64,000 nt of DNA from Epiperipatus broadwayi (lineage: Eukaryota; Animalia; Onychophora). Numbering within the stretch: position 1 is the stretch's first letter; every line of letters begins with the position of its first letter. The notes under the pieces are model-generated. The model made no database searches and was not told where the DNA came from. It was given only the letters and a program-made list of their open reading frames with translations. The stretch spans positions 16,120,001 through 16,184,000 of the forward strand of contig JAQFVV010000003.1 in assembly GCA_028023455.1 (NCBI GenBank). The letters are read 5' to 3'. This document shows, piece after piece, positions 25,801 to 39,274 of this stretch. Both the position numbers and the translations under genes were made by a program.

Positions 25801-27083
25801 AAAAATTAGATAAATATAAAGAAAAATTGAAAGTATTGCAAGACTTTTGATACAACATACTTCTGTGAATCACTGTATTCCACAATGAAGTTCATGAAGT
25901 TGAAATATTGTTGACAATTGATCAATCAGCAACTCAAAATTTCTGCAAACAGTTTTAACTAATTGTACATCAAATATCAAAGATTTGACCAAAGGTCTTT
26001 GTTAAATGTTATACGTTTTATTATTAAAATTTTGAAATAATTGTTTAGTATTTTATTTCTTTCTCTTAATTATATTTTCCTATATACTTTATACAGCACT
26101 TAAAACTTGTGTAAAATATGTCACCATACTAATTAAGTTAAATAAAATTTGGCTATATGTATTTAGTTTTGTGTACTTAAATAATATGGTGTGGCTCTTT
26201 ACAATATATGAAAAACTGACATGCACTCTCATTGATCTCATGTGTTACACCTGTTCTGTTTATTAAAAAAAATATATTATAAGAATAAGATGCAGGGGGA
26301 ATTTAATAAATTCTTTGAAAAGTTGTAAAACAGATAATTATCTTAATAATGATGGAATTAACATTGCTAGTACTTTATGGAATCAGGTTAATGATTTTAG
26401 GGAAGCCAATTTGAAATATGAAAAAAGAAAAGCTGGACAAAGAAATTATCAATTCATATCTAGTGATTAAAGATTATTTACTGAAGAAATTATGAAAAAA
26501 TAGAAATTGAATTGGACATATACTTTGAGGCAAATAAATTATAAATGATATGTTGTAAAAGATTGTCAAGTAAAAATAAGGGAAAGAAGGTAACAAAATA
26601 TATATTTAATGATGATATTAAGGAGGAGAGTAACTATAAATATTTAAAAAGTACAGCAAGGGACAAAAAGACTTAGGAGAAGGTAATATGATTTGATATA
26701 TGAAATACTTTTATTGTGGTTAAGATAATATTACATAGGTTCAAATCTTACTAAGAACTACATTTGTTAATATGCACTAAAAAAAGGTTTCTGCCAAGTT
26801 ACTTTCAATAAAAATGAAAAAAATTAAAATATCCCCTCCCCCCAACTATACATGAAATATGTTATTAGCAACATCATCTAAGGATTGAGTCAATCAGGAA
26901 TATCCAACATTTAAATTAAATACATATGTCAAGCTTTGATTACAATAAAGTAGCCCGTAGGATTAACTGGTTAGTTAATTTGAAAATATAATATATACAT
27001 TACAATCAACATTCTCTAAATAAAAAAAAACCCAACAATAGCTGCCAGAGTAAAAAATGATAAACATATTAAATTCAGCTTAC

Positions 27084-27166
27084 CCGAGCTTCTAAGTATT
27101 CCATTTTTCTTTCCAGTGCTGTCAATTTTTCATTTAAATTTGCTAACCGGGCTCTACAAGACATAT
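27084..27166 (-). CDS. BRK1: BRK1 coding exon 2 (83 nt)
   Basis: CAG acceptor and GTAAGC donor. Joined to exon 1 it reads [28 protein letters not shown], the BRK1 coiled coil. Too short to appear in the ORF track. Confidence 0.97.
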
Positions 27167-27375
27167 CTGTTCCAAATATACATATATATGTAATACAAGG
27201 GAATATATATATTTTAACATTTACATGTAAGTATGTTACATATATACATACACAGTATATTATTATTTATGTTGTATTAACATTTTTAAATTTTATTTAC
27301 ATAAATATTTATTATATATTAGTATTCTATATCATTTCTTCTTAAGGTTTTGGTTTTATAGTGTTATATAAAATC

Positions 27376-28648
27376 CTCCATACATTAAATAATAATCAGA
27401 AAATAATAACTTCTTACAACAGCTATATAAATATCAAATTTTTTTATGTACATAAAAAGCCTTTTTTCAGCACCTGATTTGGTGCCCTTTTCAAATGTTA
27501 ATGATCTGTTACGTTAATGAATTATTAAAGACATAAAACCATCTAGTGTTCAATAATGAAATTAAAATAACCAATACAAATATACGAAACACATTATACT
27601 AAAAATAATTTAAATAATTGTATGAATATTTACAGGACTTCTATAAATTTGGTTAATAATTAATTGATTAATTAAAAATGAATGGAAAATTATATAAATT
27701 GACATATATATAATTGTAAAAAAAAAAAAAATGCATGTAATTTATTTTGTTTATTATATTGTTATGATATAGTTAATTATTTTGTAATTACAGGAATTGG
27801 TAATAGTACATATATTGCACCCCACTGCTTGATGCGCTGCTTTTCGCCCAATGCACATTACTATACCAGTTCATGGGTCATCGTTTCTATACATAAAAGT
27901 ATTATGGTATTTTTTGCCTTTATTGTCCGATTTCATGTATTATTTTGAGATCAAAAAAAAAAAAGACATGTATAAATTAATTACTGTACTTATTTTCGAT
28001 TGAAAGCAAACAAGTTCTTTGGACAACAACTTGTGAAAGATGGTATCGATAAGCGCATCAATGTGTGAGGAGATTTCCAAAACTATGTACTACTACTTCG
28101 AGTATGCTTTATCATAATTATTCGAGAATGCATATTGTAAGACTTTTGCAAACTTTAAATACTGAAACCATCAAATCATACCATAGTGAGAAGTCAATTG
28201 TGTTCACTTAAGGAATACTGTCGCAAGATAATGGACTTGGTATTTCATTACATAAGCGTAGAATATGTCACCATCGGATGGCCTGTTATGGCTACAACAA
28301 CCCTGCTGTAGTATTAGCCGTAAGTTAGGCAGCTAAAACGGTATATTGATGTGCGTTGGAAAAAAATGCCATCAATTGGTGGGGTGCAGTATATGTACTA
28401 TTACCCTGGATTTATATGTAGGTTTTGATTTATTTTAATGATTTATATTTGTATTGGTTGTTTTAATTTCATTATTGAAACCTAGATGATTTTATGTACA
28501 TAATAGTTCGGTAATGTAATAGATCATTAACATTTGAAAAGGGTACCAATTCAGATGCTGAAAAAAGGCTTTTTATGTACATAAAAAAAATTTGATATTT
28601 ATAGAGCTGTTGTAAGAATTTATTATTTTCTGATTATTATTTTATGGA
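27376..28648. mobile_element. Non-autonomous DNA element with long (~200-bp) inverted ends and an inner TIR pair
   Basis: About 27376-27580 is inverted at about 28440-28648. An inner IR, GGTAATAGTACATATATTGCACCCCA (27799-27824), is inverted at 28380-28405. Weak Tc1-like traces inside. Confidence 0.75.
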
Positions 28649-29666
28649 AGAACAGCATAAAGATATTTATTTTTTTCCACACATTAATACTTTGTCACCA
28701 ACTTCTTTCAATATAATAATAACCAATGTCTTCCCATATGAATTTTATTTCAGAATTCTAATTATATGTATCAATATGTATTCCATTTAATTCAGTTTGT
28801 CATCAGGAAAGAGTTTACTTAAAATTCTTTTGGCACAAAAACTAAAAGTAAACCATAGACTCAAACACCTCCTACACCAGTGATGCAGACTAAATCATAT
28901 TTTTTATTTTTACAGCTAGCATATCAATACTCATCTCACCAGTCAATTAATTTGTCTCTATTATCTTTTAGCTAATGGCAGCTTAATACCCAATTTATCA
29001 ATCAATAATTAGATGGCTATCTGGACTAGTTCCAGGCAAATTTTCATTTACCTGAACTCGAATCTCAGGTTGTGGTTATATGTAGTAATCATTATCCACA
29101 AAGTTATTAATATATGTTAAAAAAGCACATGCTTCTAGTAATTTTAAGAATATTCAAGATGCAGGTTGCTTTCCTTCTTTTGAATCATTAATCAGCATTC
29201 CATTAATTTTCATTGTTAAAAAAAGTTAATTTTTAAAAATACGAATACTATAACCACTTGGTTGTACTAGCATTAATGTAACTTGTTTACTCAAATGAGT
29301 TCAACTAATTGTGAAAGGAACACAAAATTTTTCAGTAAAACATTAAATTGAATGCCTAGTCTACAATATCACAAAAACTCTCAACAGCATTAATCTAGCA
29401 AGTAGGATTTCCCAAGCTGAATAAGATTGAATGCTATATAGATTAACCAAATGAATGGAAGATTAGCGCTACTATAATGGATAGATACTTATAGGAACAA
29501 TAGGAAATATTTAATACTACAGAACATATGAAAACAAAATGTCTTGACTGAGAATTCTACTAAGATGAGAAAAGCAAATGAAAACTTGGTTTACATATTC
29601 TCAAGATTATTTTCACCAGAGATGTAAAATCAGTGCTAAAGGATTGACCTATTATCATGAACATAT

Positions 29667-31120
29667 TGTACCAGTCGAAATTGTATGTTAACTCAACACG
29701 ATTCACAACCTGGGTAAAGGTACCTTGAATCCAACCGTACGCGAGATCAAAAATAAAGAATACTTATGGATTCTGCCCTGTTTAACCACTCTCTAAATCT
29801 GCCAACTAATTAACAACATTTTTGAGTCAAGCAATTAATCTTTTCCACACTTCGGCCAACTAGCATCAACGGTGGAACATGAGCCTCAACTAATTCGCAT
29901 GTCTAACTCTAATTATTAACTTTAATTAGACTATCTATTAACTTAAATATAAAAATGGTATATATGTGACCTTGAGTCATCAGATAGCAGCACAATAATT
30001 TATTAGAAATACTAATTTTAGAGTGAATAAATAGAGACGAACTACAGGTAGCTTAAATTCACACATATATTTAATAAAACATTTGTATAATTTATCTAAT
30101 GACTCTGATTTTATTTCATAAGTTAGTTGACATAAATTTCTATTCTGTCATTTATTATGCCTCTGGCAAGAGAGCGGTATAGTGTATATGCCAATCTAAC
30201 AAATGTAGACAATTTGCGATTTATGGGAGACGCTCACCCAAGTCTGAGATATACGAAATAAATATTTTAAAGAGCCTATTTTAAACATAACTTTATTATA
30301 AATGAAATTATTTTTAAGAGAGAAATAATTAACTCAAATGATAGAAATTGGTGTTGAAGAGAGTGACACATTTAAAATATAAGCAGATCGCAATATTCAC
30401 AAATAAATATTTTAAGATTTTAAAATACATAAATTAATCAGATCGTCGTCAATCTGCCATGATGTGCTCAGAACAAAAGAAAGTGAACAAAACCTGGCAT
30501 TCGATATTGCATCACCAGCATAGACTCAATTCACCTGCCCCGTTCCCATGATGCCAAGAAATAAAGAAAGAATGATCTGCGCCATTGGCAAACCTAAAAT
30601 ATTTCAGGTGAAAGTATGAGAATCGTCAAGACTAGCTGAGCTTAGCTTGCCCCAGTTTTTCCCATTTTAGCTTTCATAGCCTGATAAGAAAATTAATGGC
30701 CAGTGAAATTATCACATGGTCTAGTTCTGATCTAGCAATGACCAAGAACAAAAGACAAGTAATCAAGCAAAATGCCGGCAGGGCAAAAATACGAGTGCTG
30801 GAGAATATATTTTAGCATTTAAATATATAATTGTGCTGAGCTAAAAAGATTACATAAAGGTTACATGGAATGACCAAGATCAGACAAACAAGAATAAACT
30901 AAGCATTAACTATTATTACGAATATTTTTATGAGTGACACATCTCTCCCTTCAACACAAAATTCCACCAACACTTCAATTAACATTCTATTATTCTCTTA
31001 TTATTTAGCAAGAATCTAATTTTTTAAACTCCCTTCCTTTCACTCCTTAAAATGAAATAAGATAACTAAATAAACTCTCATACTTGAATCTAGCGTCTCC
31101 CCACAACTAAACCGTGTACA
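29667..31120. mobile_element. Possible solo LTR
   Basis: Block of higher GC starting TGTAC and ending GTACA, with ACATAT at both boundaries and several AATAAA. No pol homology seen. Confidence 0.3.
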
Positions 31121-32101
31121 TATAAATATTTTTAAAAAACACATAATAATATAAAATGCTTTCATCTCAACAAAACAAAGGTTGCTCCAAAATCTTCAGA
31201 GCTAGAGAATTATTCATTTTTATTTTCAGACAAATGTTGGTAGGAAAATAGGCAGCAAAATATTTATTTAGATCAAGCTTTTGTCGAGATGGAACAAAAT
31301 TGGCATATATTCATTTCAATTAAATAAATAATAATATTTTCTAAACTGCATTAGAAGGAATAGCATTAAGAGGTATAACTTTTAGACATATAGAATGAGA
31401 GCAAAGACATTAGATTTAAGGAATAGCAAGTATAATTTACAGAATACTAAGTTAAACATTTAAATTACATTATGGGGATTTCATTTTAGAAGATATTAAA
31501 ATTAGCAGGATTTTACATTACTGGGTCATTGGAGTTTTAAAAGAATAAATTAGGCAGTTAGAAATAACAAATTGGAACATATTACCTAATTTATTATGAG
31601 TCATTGTGGAAGTTTGGATCCCACGATGAAATATGAATTTCGTGCAGGCATAGCTAGCTATGTATTTAAATAAGAGAGTTCAACAGTTCACAATTACGCA
31701 TTCTGACTAAGTTTTTCTGGCATGCAAGTACTGGATGATCATCTTTGGGAAAGTGGGGAGAGAGGGAAGTTAAAAACTGTCTACCCAACTACCATACTTC
31801 CAGACATTTATTAAAATTTTAACTGGTGTAGGTTCATCAGGCAATCGCTGACAAAAACTGTGACTGGCTGACTTCTATTATTCTCTTGGGCTATTTATAC
31901 CCTTAATTCATATGCTCCAGGCTAAGTGGCTATGTTGGAATTCCAATGACTGCAATTATCAACCTAAAGTATATTTGTATTGTATTCTTGAGATCAACTC
32001 TCCCAATAAATCCAATGATTTAATTGTTTCAAATCTATTTTTAATTAAATGTAGATTTGAAGAATTTATATTTTAAATCTCTTTTCTATTTTACTTTTAC
32101 T

Positions 32102-33947
32102 TTAATTACTTCGATGTTCTAGATGTATCATCCACGCACGTTATTACTCATGGAAGTTCGGTTTTCTTTTCGAAATTATGGAAAAACGAAGAGGACTATG
32201 CATGTGTGAATACCACAGTTCTCTGCGTCTTTTTTCGTACTTTCTATAGGTAGTCACCATTTTTTTCTACGACAAAAAATAAAGCTTTTACTATTTTTTT
32301 TTCGAGGAAGATCAATTATTTTTATTAATTTTTTCTCAGTTTTTTAGATTACACGGAAACAAAATGACGTAAAGAAATTAATCGGCAGCTATGGATTCAG
32401 AAACAGATTCTTTCAGCCTCAACAAATTTCAAATTCGTAAACTATTTGATTCTGATGACAGTATTACATACAGTGATCTACAGAAATACTTCACATCATC
32501 ATCCAAAAAAGAAGCAACACTTTACCAGCGAAAAGGCAAAGAAAAAATACAAATGTTGTTCTGAATGATAGCAGTAGAGCAGGCCCATCAACTAGTGCTT
32601 CTAATATGCCTTCGAATGTTACTACAGGACAAGTTTGAAGTTTTTGTTTGAGGGTGAGTATTCTATCTTAGATTTCTTTTGTATGTTATGTGTGTAAAAA
32701 TTATTGAAGAAACAAATAAATATGCCACTAAGGAGAAATGTATGCGTGATTGGAAAAATGTGACAGAACGGAAATTGTCTGCCTTTTTTGGGACGACATT
32801 GGGAATTTCATGTAAGATCCCTGTATTCCGATTGAAGGACATTTGGAGCAATGATCCTACTATTAGAATCCTATATTTTGTCAATGTAATAAAAAAATTC
32901 TGAAGAAAAAAAAGTGCAAACTCTGACCATATTTATAAAATTTGACCTACTATAGAAAAATGCAATGTTAATTTCAAAGCTGCATATGAGATGCACAAAG
33001 AGATTGCAATTTTTATTGTTTTTTGTTTTACAAACTTAGTTTTTATTATTTTTGTTTTACTGACTTAGTTTTTATTGTTTTTGTTTACTGATAACTTTTG
33101 CCAATTGGTAAAACAAGATCTGGAATAATTTATCTTTTATTAATAATAATATTGAATAATATGAAATATTTAATATTTTGTATATTTATATTAGATAATA
33201 TGAACAGGTATGCTTTTCTGGAAGACATCCTGAAAGAGGTAGAATAAAGCATTTTTTATATATAAATATGTGCCTTTAGAACCTTTTTAGTAATCTTTGA
33301 CTTCTCATATTCTAAATTTGTAAATTGTTTTCTGTATTGGCAATGATTATTCAGTATGATGATGTTATGAACAAGGTTGGTTTATCCAAAGTCTAAAATC
33401 AAAATAATTTATAGAGATACGTAATAACATCTATACTTATTTTATTATTTTTACATTCTGATAGAATTCTAAATTTTTTTTAATCTTTTATTAGGGAGAA
33501 CGTTTTTTCTTTCAGAAGCCTTGAACATTTTCAACTGTGGAGTGCAAAAAAAAAAAAGAATTCTTATCTTCCTATTACTGCAAGTGCTGAAGCTATGGAT
33601 TATCTCAGGTAAGACATATTATATATTTTTTTTAATGGTAATTTTGTGAAGAATACAAAAAAATTATCACTGAAGATGTAATTTGAATTTTACTTAATGA
33701 TAAATTCCAAATTATGAACAAACAATAAAATAATAATTATTTTGGATGTGAAAATTTCCTTTTTCCTTATTTTTTTATATAGTTACCAATATTTATCTTA
33801 TGCTTATTGTTTTCCTTAGTTTTTCTAGTTTCTATCAATGTAATTTTTTTTGCTCTAACATTATTAAAACTGAAGTTATTGTGAAAATTGTGTCACAGGT
33901 CAGTTTTTAAAAAAATTCAATATGGCGCATGACACTAAACTAGTTAA
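32102..33947 (+). mobile_element. Degenerate piggyBac element
   Basis: ORF 32679-32903 (IIEETNKYA...WKNVTERKLSAFFG...WSND) resembles the piggyBac DDE_Tnp_1_7 N-terminus. TTAA at 32102 and 33944 with degraded TIR-like ends; boundaries tentative. Confidence 0.7.
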
Positions 33948-35756
33948 TTAGAAAATCCATTACCATTTTGTTAATGAATTTTCTTTTGTTTGATGCTATG
34001 GAATGTTAGTAAGGTTTATCGTGAAAGTAAATCACCAGAATAAAATACTTAAAAAAAATATCATATTAAAAATTTATATATTGATTTTTATAAAAGTTTC
34101 CGTCTGTAATTCTATATATATGTATTTGTGTATATATCTATTTATCTGGGTCCCTCCAATATTTATATTAAAAATATTTTAATAGAAAATTAATACTTTA
34201 ATCACTTATTTACTGGCCTAAAATTTAAATGTACACAAATGGCAGACTGAAAGTTTTACAAACATCATAACATGCGTGGATCTAGTTTGATCCTAGTCTA
34301 GTAATCTAGAAAGACGTGAAGCGTGGATCTGGTCTACAGATCCATTGCTTCAATATATATAAAGAAAAATAAGCCAGCTTTTACATAGCCCACTGTAGGG
34401 TAAAATCTTCCTAATATCCCTCAAAGAACAAAATCAATACTATACATATAAATATAATTATATTTATTTCCATCACCTAGTATTAAATGTCAAATGTCTT
34501 TATAAAAATTTAGATTTAAACTTCGTAAATATATTCAACTATTAACAATAACACACAGGTTAGCATATACTGTGTATGACACATTTTGAGTGATATTACT
34601 CACTTCTCTTCTTCAATTGTTGTATTATTTATGTTAGTTAAGTGGCCCAAAAAAAAAAAAAAAGAAATATATCTTAAAACAAAATGTTGTTAAATCGTCA
34701 GTTACTTTTGAAAAAACAATACTGTAAGAAAAAAGATGTTTTATCCTATTTACATATTTAAAAAATTATAAAAAGTTACTTATTTAATAAGATCAGTTAC
34801 TTCTTAAAAAGTCTAATAAAAAAGAGTCTTTTATTATTTACTTTTTTAAAAAAGGTCAGTTATTTCTTTTAAAAAAAGATGTTTATTTAGTTATTAAAAA
34901 AGGTCAGTTAGTTCTTAAAAGGTCATGACCAGGTAATGTTATATTTAAGTGTTTTTGAGTAGCAACAGCGTCATCCAGCAAATGGTACCATCGTTGATAC
35001 TAGTACCCTTAATCAGTGACAGATTGACCCATAGACCTTTACATTTATGAATTCTAAATTCAATGTGATCTTCCAATCAAATCGATTATTTTATCAAAGG
35101 CAACAGTCAGTAGAAATTTTACACAAATGCCCATTCAGGATCATCCTGATTTATCTTCTCTTTGTTAAAGGCAAAATACTGATATCCAAACGTTATGAAT
35201 TATCACAATAAACCAACTTATAGAATTATTTGCCCTTGTTATGTTAGCAGCTACTTTAAATTTTCTTCTTTTTATTTTATCTGCTCCATTCATTATTTTT
35301 ATCTTTTCTCAAACAAATAAATGTTCATTGGTATATGCATGGCAAGATTAAACAGAGTCAGTCAACTTTTCCCTAAGATATGGAGAACATATTGAATTTG
35401 GTGATGGAAATATTTACCATTTTATGTAAGATTGCAAATTAGATTATAACGTGACTCTGCCTTGCAAGATATATGTTTAATGTTAATTAATTTAAACATT
35501 ATACATATACGATTGTTTGTGAATATACTATCACTCTGAAATAAAAGATCATTTTTAAGATAAATGGATTTAAACTTGAATTGTCATTCTAGCATGATTG
35601 GCAAATACTTTAAATCTCTAGCCTATCTGGCAAGGCTGCTTAACCAAAATATATCATGTGCCAAGATTAATCTAATATTGCATGTCAGAAGGCAAAGTAT
35701 GTTAAAATTTACCTATAGTTTATTTACATATAATCTAATTACTAAATACATTTATT

Positions 35757-37529
35757 GGTGGTAGTTTTCTATTCTATCATATCAGCAGTTTGTTTTCTAT
35801 TCTATCGAGTCAGCCACATGATGGCGCTATTTCTAGGTCAATTCCTAGAAATATACCATTTCAGCGGCCTCACCCAATCTAAGAGGCTTCTTTCTATGAT
35901 AAAACACAGAAAAAGTCCCCGCTGGCTAGCTGCTCTGGTGTTTTTTTATGCTAAAAGCACAGACAAATGCCTTTATTGGCTGCTGCAGTTGGTTGTGTTA
36001 TTAACTTTATCGTAATGCTAGAATGTCTATTTTCTCTATACTTTCGTGTGAATGTGTGGATTTTAGCCTGTCATAATTATTTAAAATTTCATTACAAAGG
36101 TATTTTTTTTCAAGTGCTCTAACCTCCTGTTACATTGTAACTTTATTAACAATGTCGTGAAGGTTCCATTACGAATGTGTAACCCTCAAAAATTGCTTTT
36201 AAGGGTACGGCTGAGCAGTATTTCGACGATCACATGAAAAGTAACGTTTTCGCGAGAATTCATCCGTGACAAGTTACTTTTTATATATACGCACAAACAA
36301 AAACAACCCTGTGCCTGATCATTAATTACTGTCAAAAAAGAAAAATTAGTCGGGTACTATTTAAATAAGATTACTTTTTATATCTACACACTAACAAAAA
36401 CAACCCAGTTTCTGAAATAATTACTGTCAAAAAAAAAGCAAATTAGTTTGGGTTTGATTTTTAAATTTAGTATTTGAATTACGGTATTTTTTATATAAAC
36501 ACAATAACAAAAAGAACCCACTTTCTGATTAATTATTGTTCAAAAAAATGCAAATTAGTCGGGTATCATTTTTAAATTTAGTATTCAAATAACGGTACTT
36601 TTTATATATACACACTTTCAGATTCATTACTGTCAAAAAAAAAAGCAAATTAGTCGGGTATCATTTTTAAATTGAGTATTTAAATGACGGTCCTTTTTAT
36701 ATATATACACACTAAAAAAAAGAAGTCACTTTCTGATTAATTACTGTCCAAAAAAAGGCAAATTACTTGGATATCATTTTTAAATTAAGGGTGAATTTTT
36801 AAATGTTGTGGGTAAATTGAATAATGTAGAATTGCGTATTATTTTCTATTAAAAAAAAGGCCATAACTTTTTATATATGCACACAAAAAAAAAAAAACCC
36901 ACTTTGTGATTAATTATTGTCAATACCAAAAAAAAAAAAAATTAGTCGGGTATCATTTTTAAATAATATTACTTTTGACACCCTAACAAAAACAATACAG
37001 TTTCTGATTAATTACTGTCTGAAAAAAAAAATAAATTAGTCGGGTATCATTTTTAAATGTAGTATTTAAATAACAGTACTTTTTATATATACACACTAAC
37101 AAAAAGAACCCACTTTCTGATTAATTACTGTCAAAAAAAATAGCAGATTAATCGGGTATCATTTTTAAATTTAGCGTGAATGTAGAAATTTTGTGTAAAT
37201 TGAAAAATGTATAATTGCGTATTATTTTCTATTAAAAAAATACCTAACTTCTTATAGATACACACAAACAAAAACAACCCATTTTATGATTAATTACTGT
37301 CCAAAAAATGTAAATTATTCGGGTATCATTTTTAAATTTAATGTGAATTTTTAAATTTTGTTTTTTATATAGTAATATTATTTACTATTAGTTACTCTAA
37401 TTTCCTACTATAAAACTAAAGCCAATATTTATATAGAATCACAAGTCCAGCCCGGAATCGTAATATGTATGTGTTTTTGATTAGCATCAACGCCATCAAA
37501 CGACTGACACGATAGAATAGAAAACTACC
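35757..37529. mobile_element. Non-autonomous TIR element with internal tandem array
   Basis: About 38-bp TIRs (GGTAGTTTT(T)CTATTCTATC..GTCAG...TGATGGCG, partly duplicated at the left end). 8-bp TSD CATTTATT at 35749-35756 and 37530-37537. Confidence 0.8.
36290..37360 (+). repeat. Tandem array, about 9 units of ~95-170 bp
   Basis: Recurrent ACACACTAACAAAAA.AACCCACTTTCTGATTAATTACTGTC(A)n..AAATTAGTCGGGTATCATTTTTAAAT core, with short and long unit variants. Confidence 0.93.
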
Positions 37530-39274
37530 CATTTATTATATATAAGTTTTATGTTAAAACTAAGGTATTTTTACAAGTAAACATACAAATGCAATTGTCA
37601 AGTTCATAAAAGTGTGGATGGTGACTTATTATTATAGCAATGACATTTCATTACAGCTGGATTATTTTCTCTAGATAGTAGGTGATTTAATAGCTGTTGT
37701 TAGAGATCCTGATAATACAAAAAAGACTCCAGATTATGTTATGATTTAATTATTATTTCATTCAATATAAGTTGATTAAAGAGTGGGAGAGGGATAACTA
37801 TGAGAATTTTTGATTATGCTTTAACATTATTAATGCTATAGAAACTTTTTAAAATTTCAATGGCCTCTTTGTTCTCATAGTGTGCTACATCTAGATAAAA
37901 TTTTAACTTATAGCAAAATTTATATCATGACTAATATCCAAGATATATAGAGTCCAGAAAATGATTATTATATTTCAATAAATCAGTATGTTTATCTTTT
38001 TTAGAACACATAAAAAAAAAAAAAATTGTATATCTAGAATTTTAAAAAATATAAGGGAAATAGACAACAAAGTTTAATTACTAATCAATGCTTTAACTTA
38101 GATTATTCAAATCCAGATTATTCATAAAGTATATAATGAATGGATAGAGTTCCAAAAATCAAGACTATTTCTGATAATACATTACATCTCAGCATATTTC
38201 AATTAAAGACAAACAGAGATTAACATTTAATATTATGAAACATGAAAAAGACAATATTTTTTATTTTGATTCTCAAAAGTTAAAAATGGTTGCACTAAAC
38301 ATGACAATAGAAAGAGAAAAATCAGAGATGTAAGTATATTGCTAATATATATATATAATTCTAAGAAAATATAAGCAAATAACATGCAACTAGGTAATGA
38401 TTAGAACTTATAGGGAATAAATGTATAATATAGGTTTCTTATTGAATACCAATTAACTTTGCCATTTGAAAATCCATACAACTAATTATTTAAGATCGAA
38501 AAGTCATTTACTCCTTAGTAGAAGTATAAATATTAATGCTAAAATTTGGATATCAACATAAATATAACAATCTCAATAAAGTTTGATATTGAAAGTTGAA
38601 TTATTTATCTTGGCCACTTTTAAACCAGTGTTACACCAAATTTAATTTTTTATTATTTTATCTTACGGTTTATAGGTTACTGACATGATGATCTATGATG
38701 GATTTTATTGTCAAAACAAATGATTCTAGTACCAGATCATATTTCACAGAAGAATTTCAGACATAAAAGAATGCTATTGAAAAAAGTAGTCCACTTTTAT
38801 ATTATTTGTACTAAAGAAAATAATAATTCAAATCATATTTTTCATATCTTACTCTGTTTTAACATAAGCATATTTTTTTGGAATGATATTCATTTATTCC
38901 TACGCAAATGTAAAGATTAAGAAAACAAAAACAGTATATTAACATAAGAATAACAGATTTACTATTTTCAAATTTATCGAATAATTTTTGATGAGTATAT
39001 TTATTTACTCTATCCTTTTTTCTTTAATACATGTAATATACATTCACATTGAGTTCTTTATTTGGCAAATGATAATATAAACAAACAAAAACACTCAAAC
39101 ATCATCAAATAATATATAACTAGTCATTGTTTTCCATTAGCCTTAAACATTGATGATAATGTTTAATATTTTAAAGTCACTATAAACTCAATGTTGTGAA
39201 ATGCATAGATACATTATACTACATCTTAATGACAAAAAGGCTCATTAAAATATACACTGCAAACCTAGAATAAA

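Noticed and set aside
36290-37360. Conserved cores separated by variable segments (CRISPR-like look)
   Set aside because: The variable parts are homologous to each other, not unique spacers.
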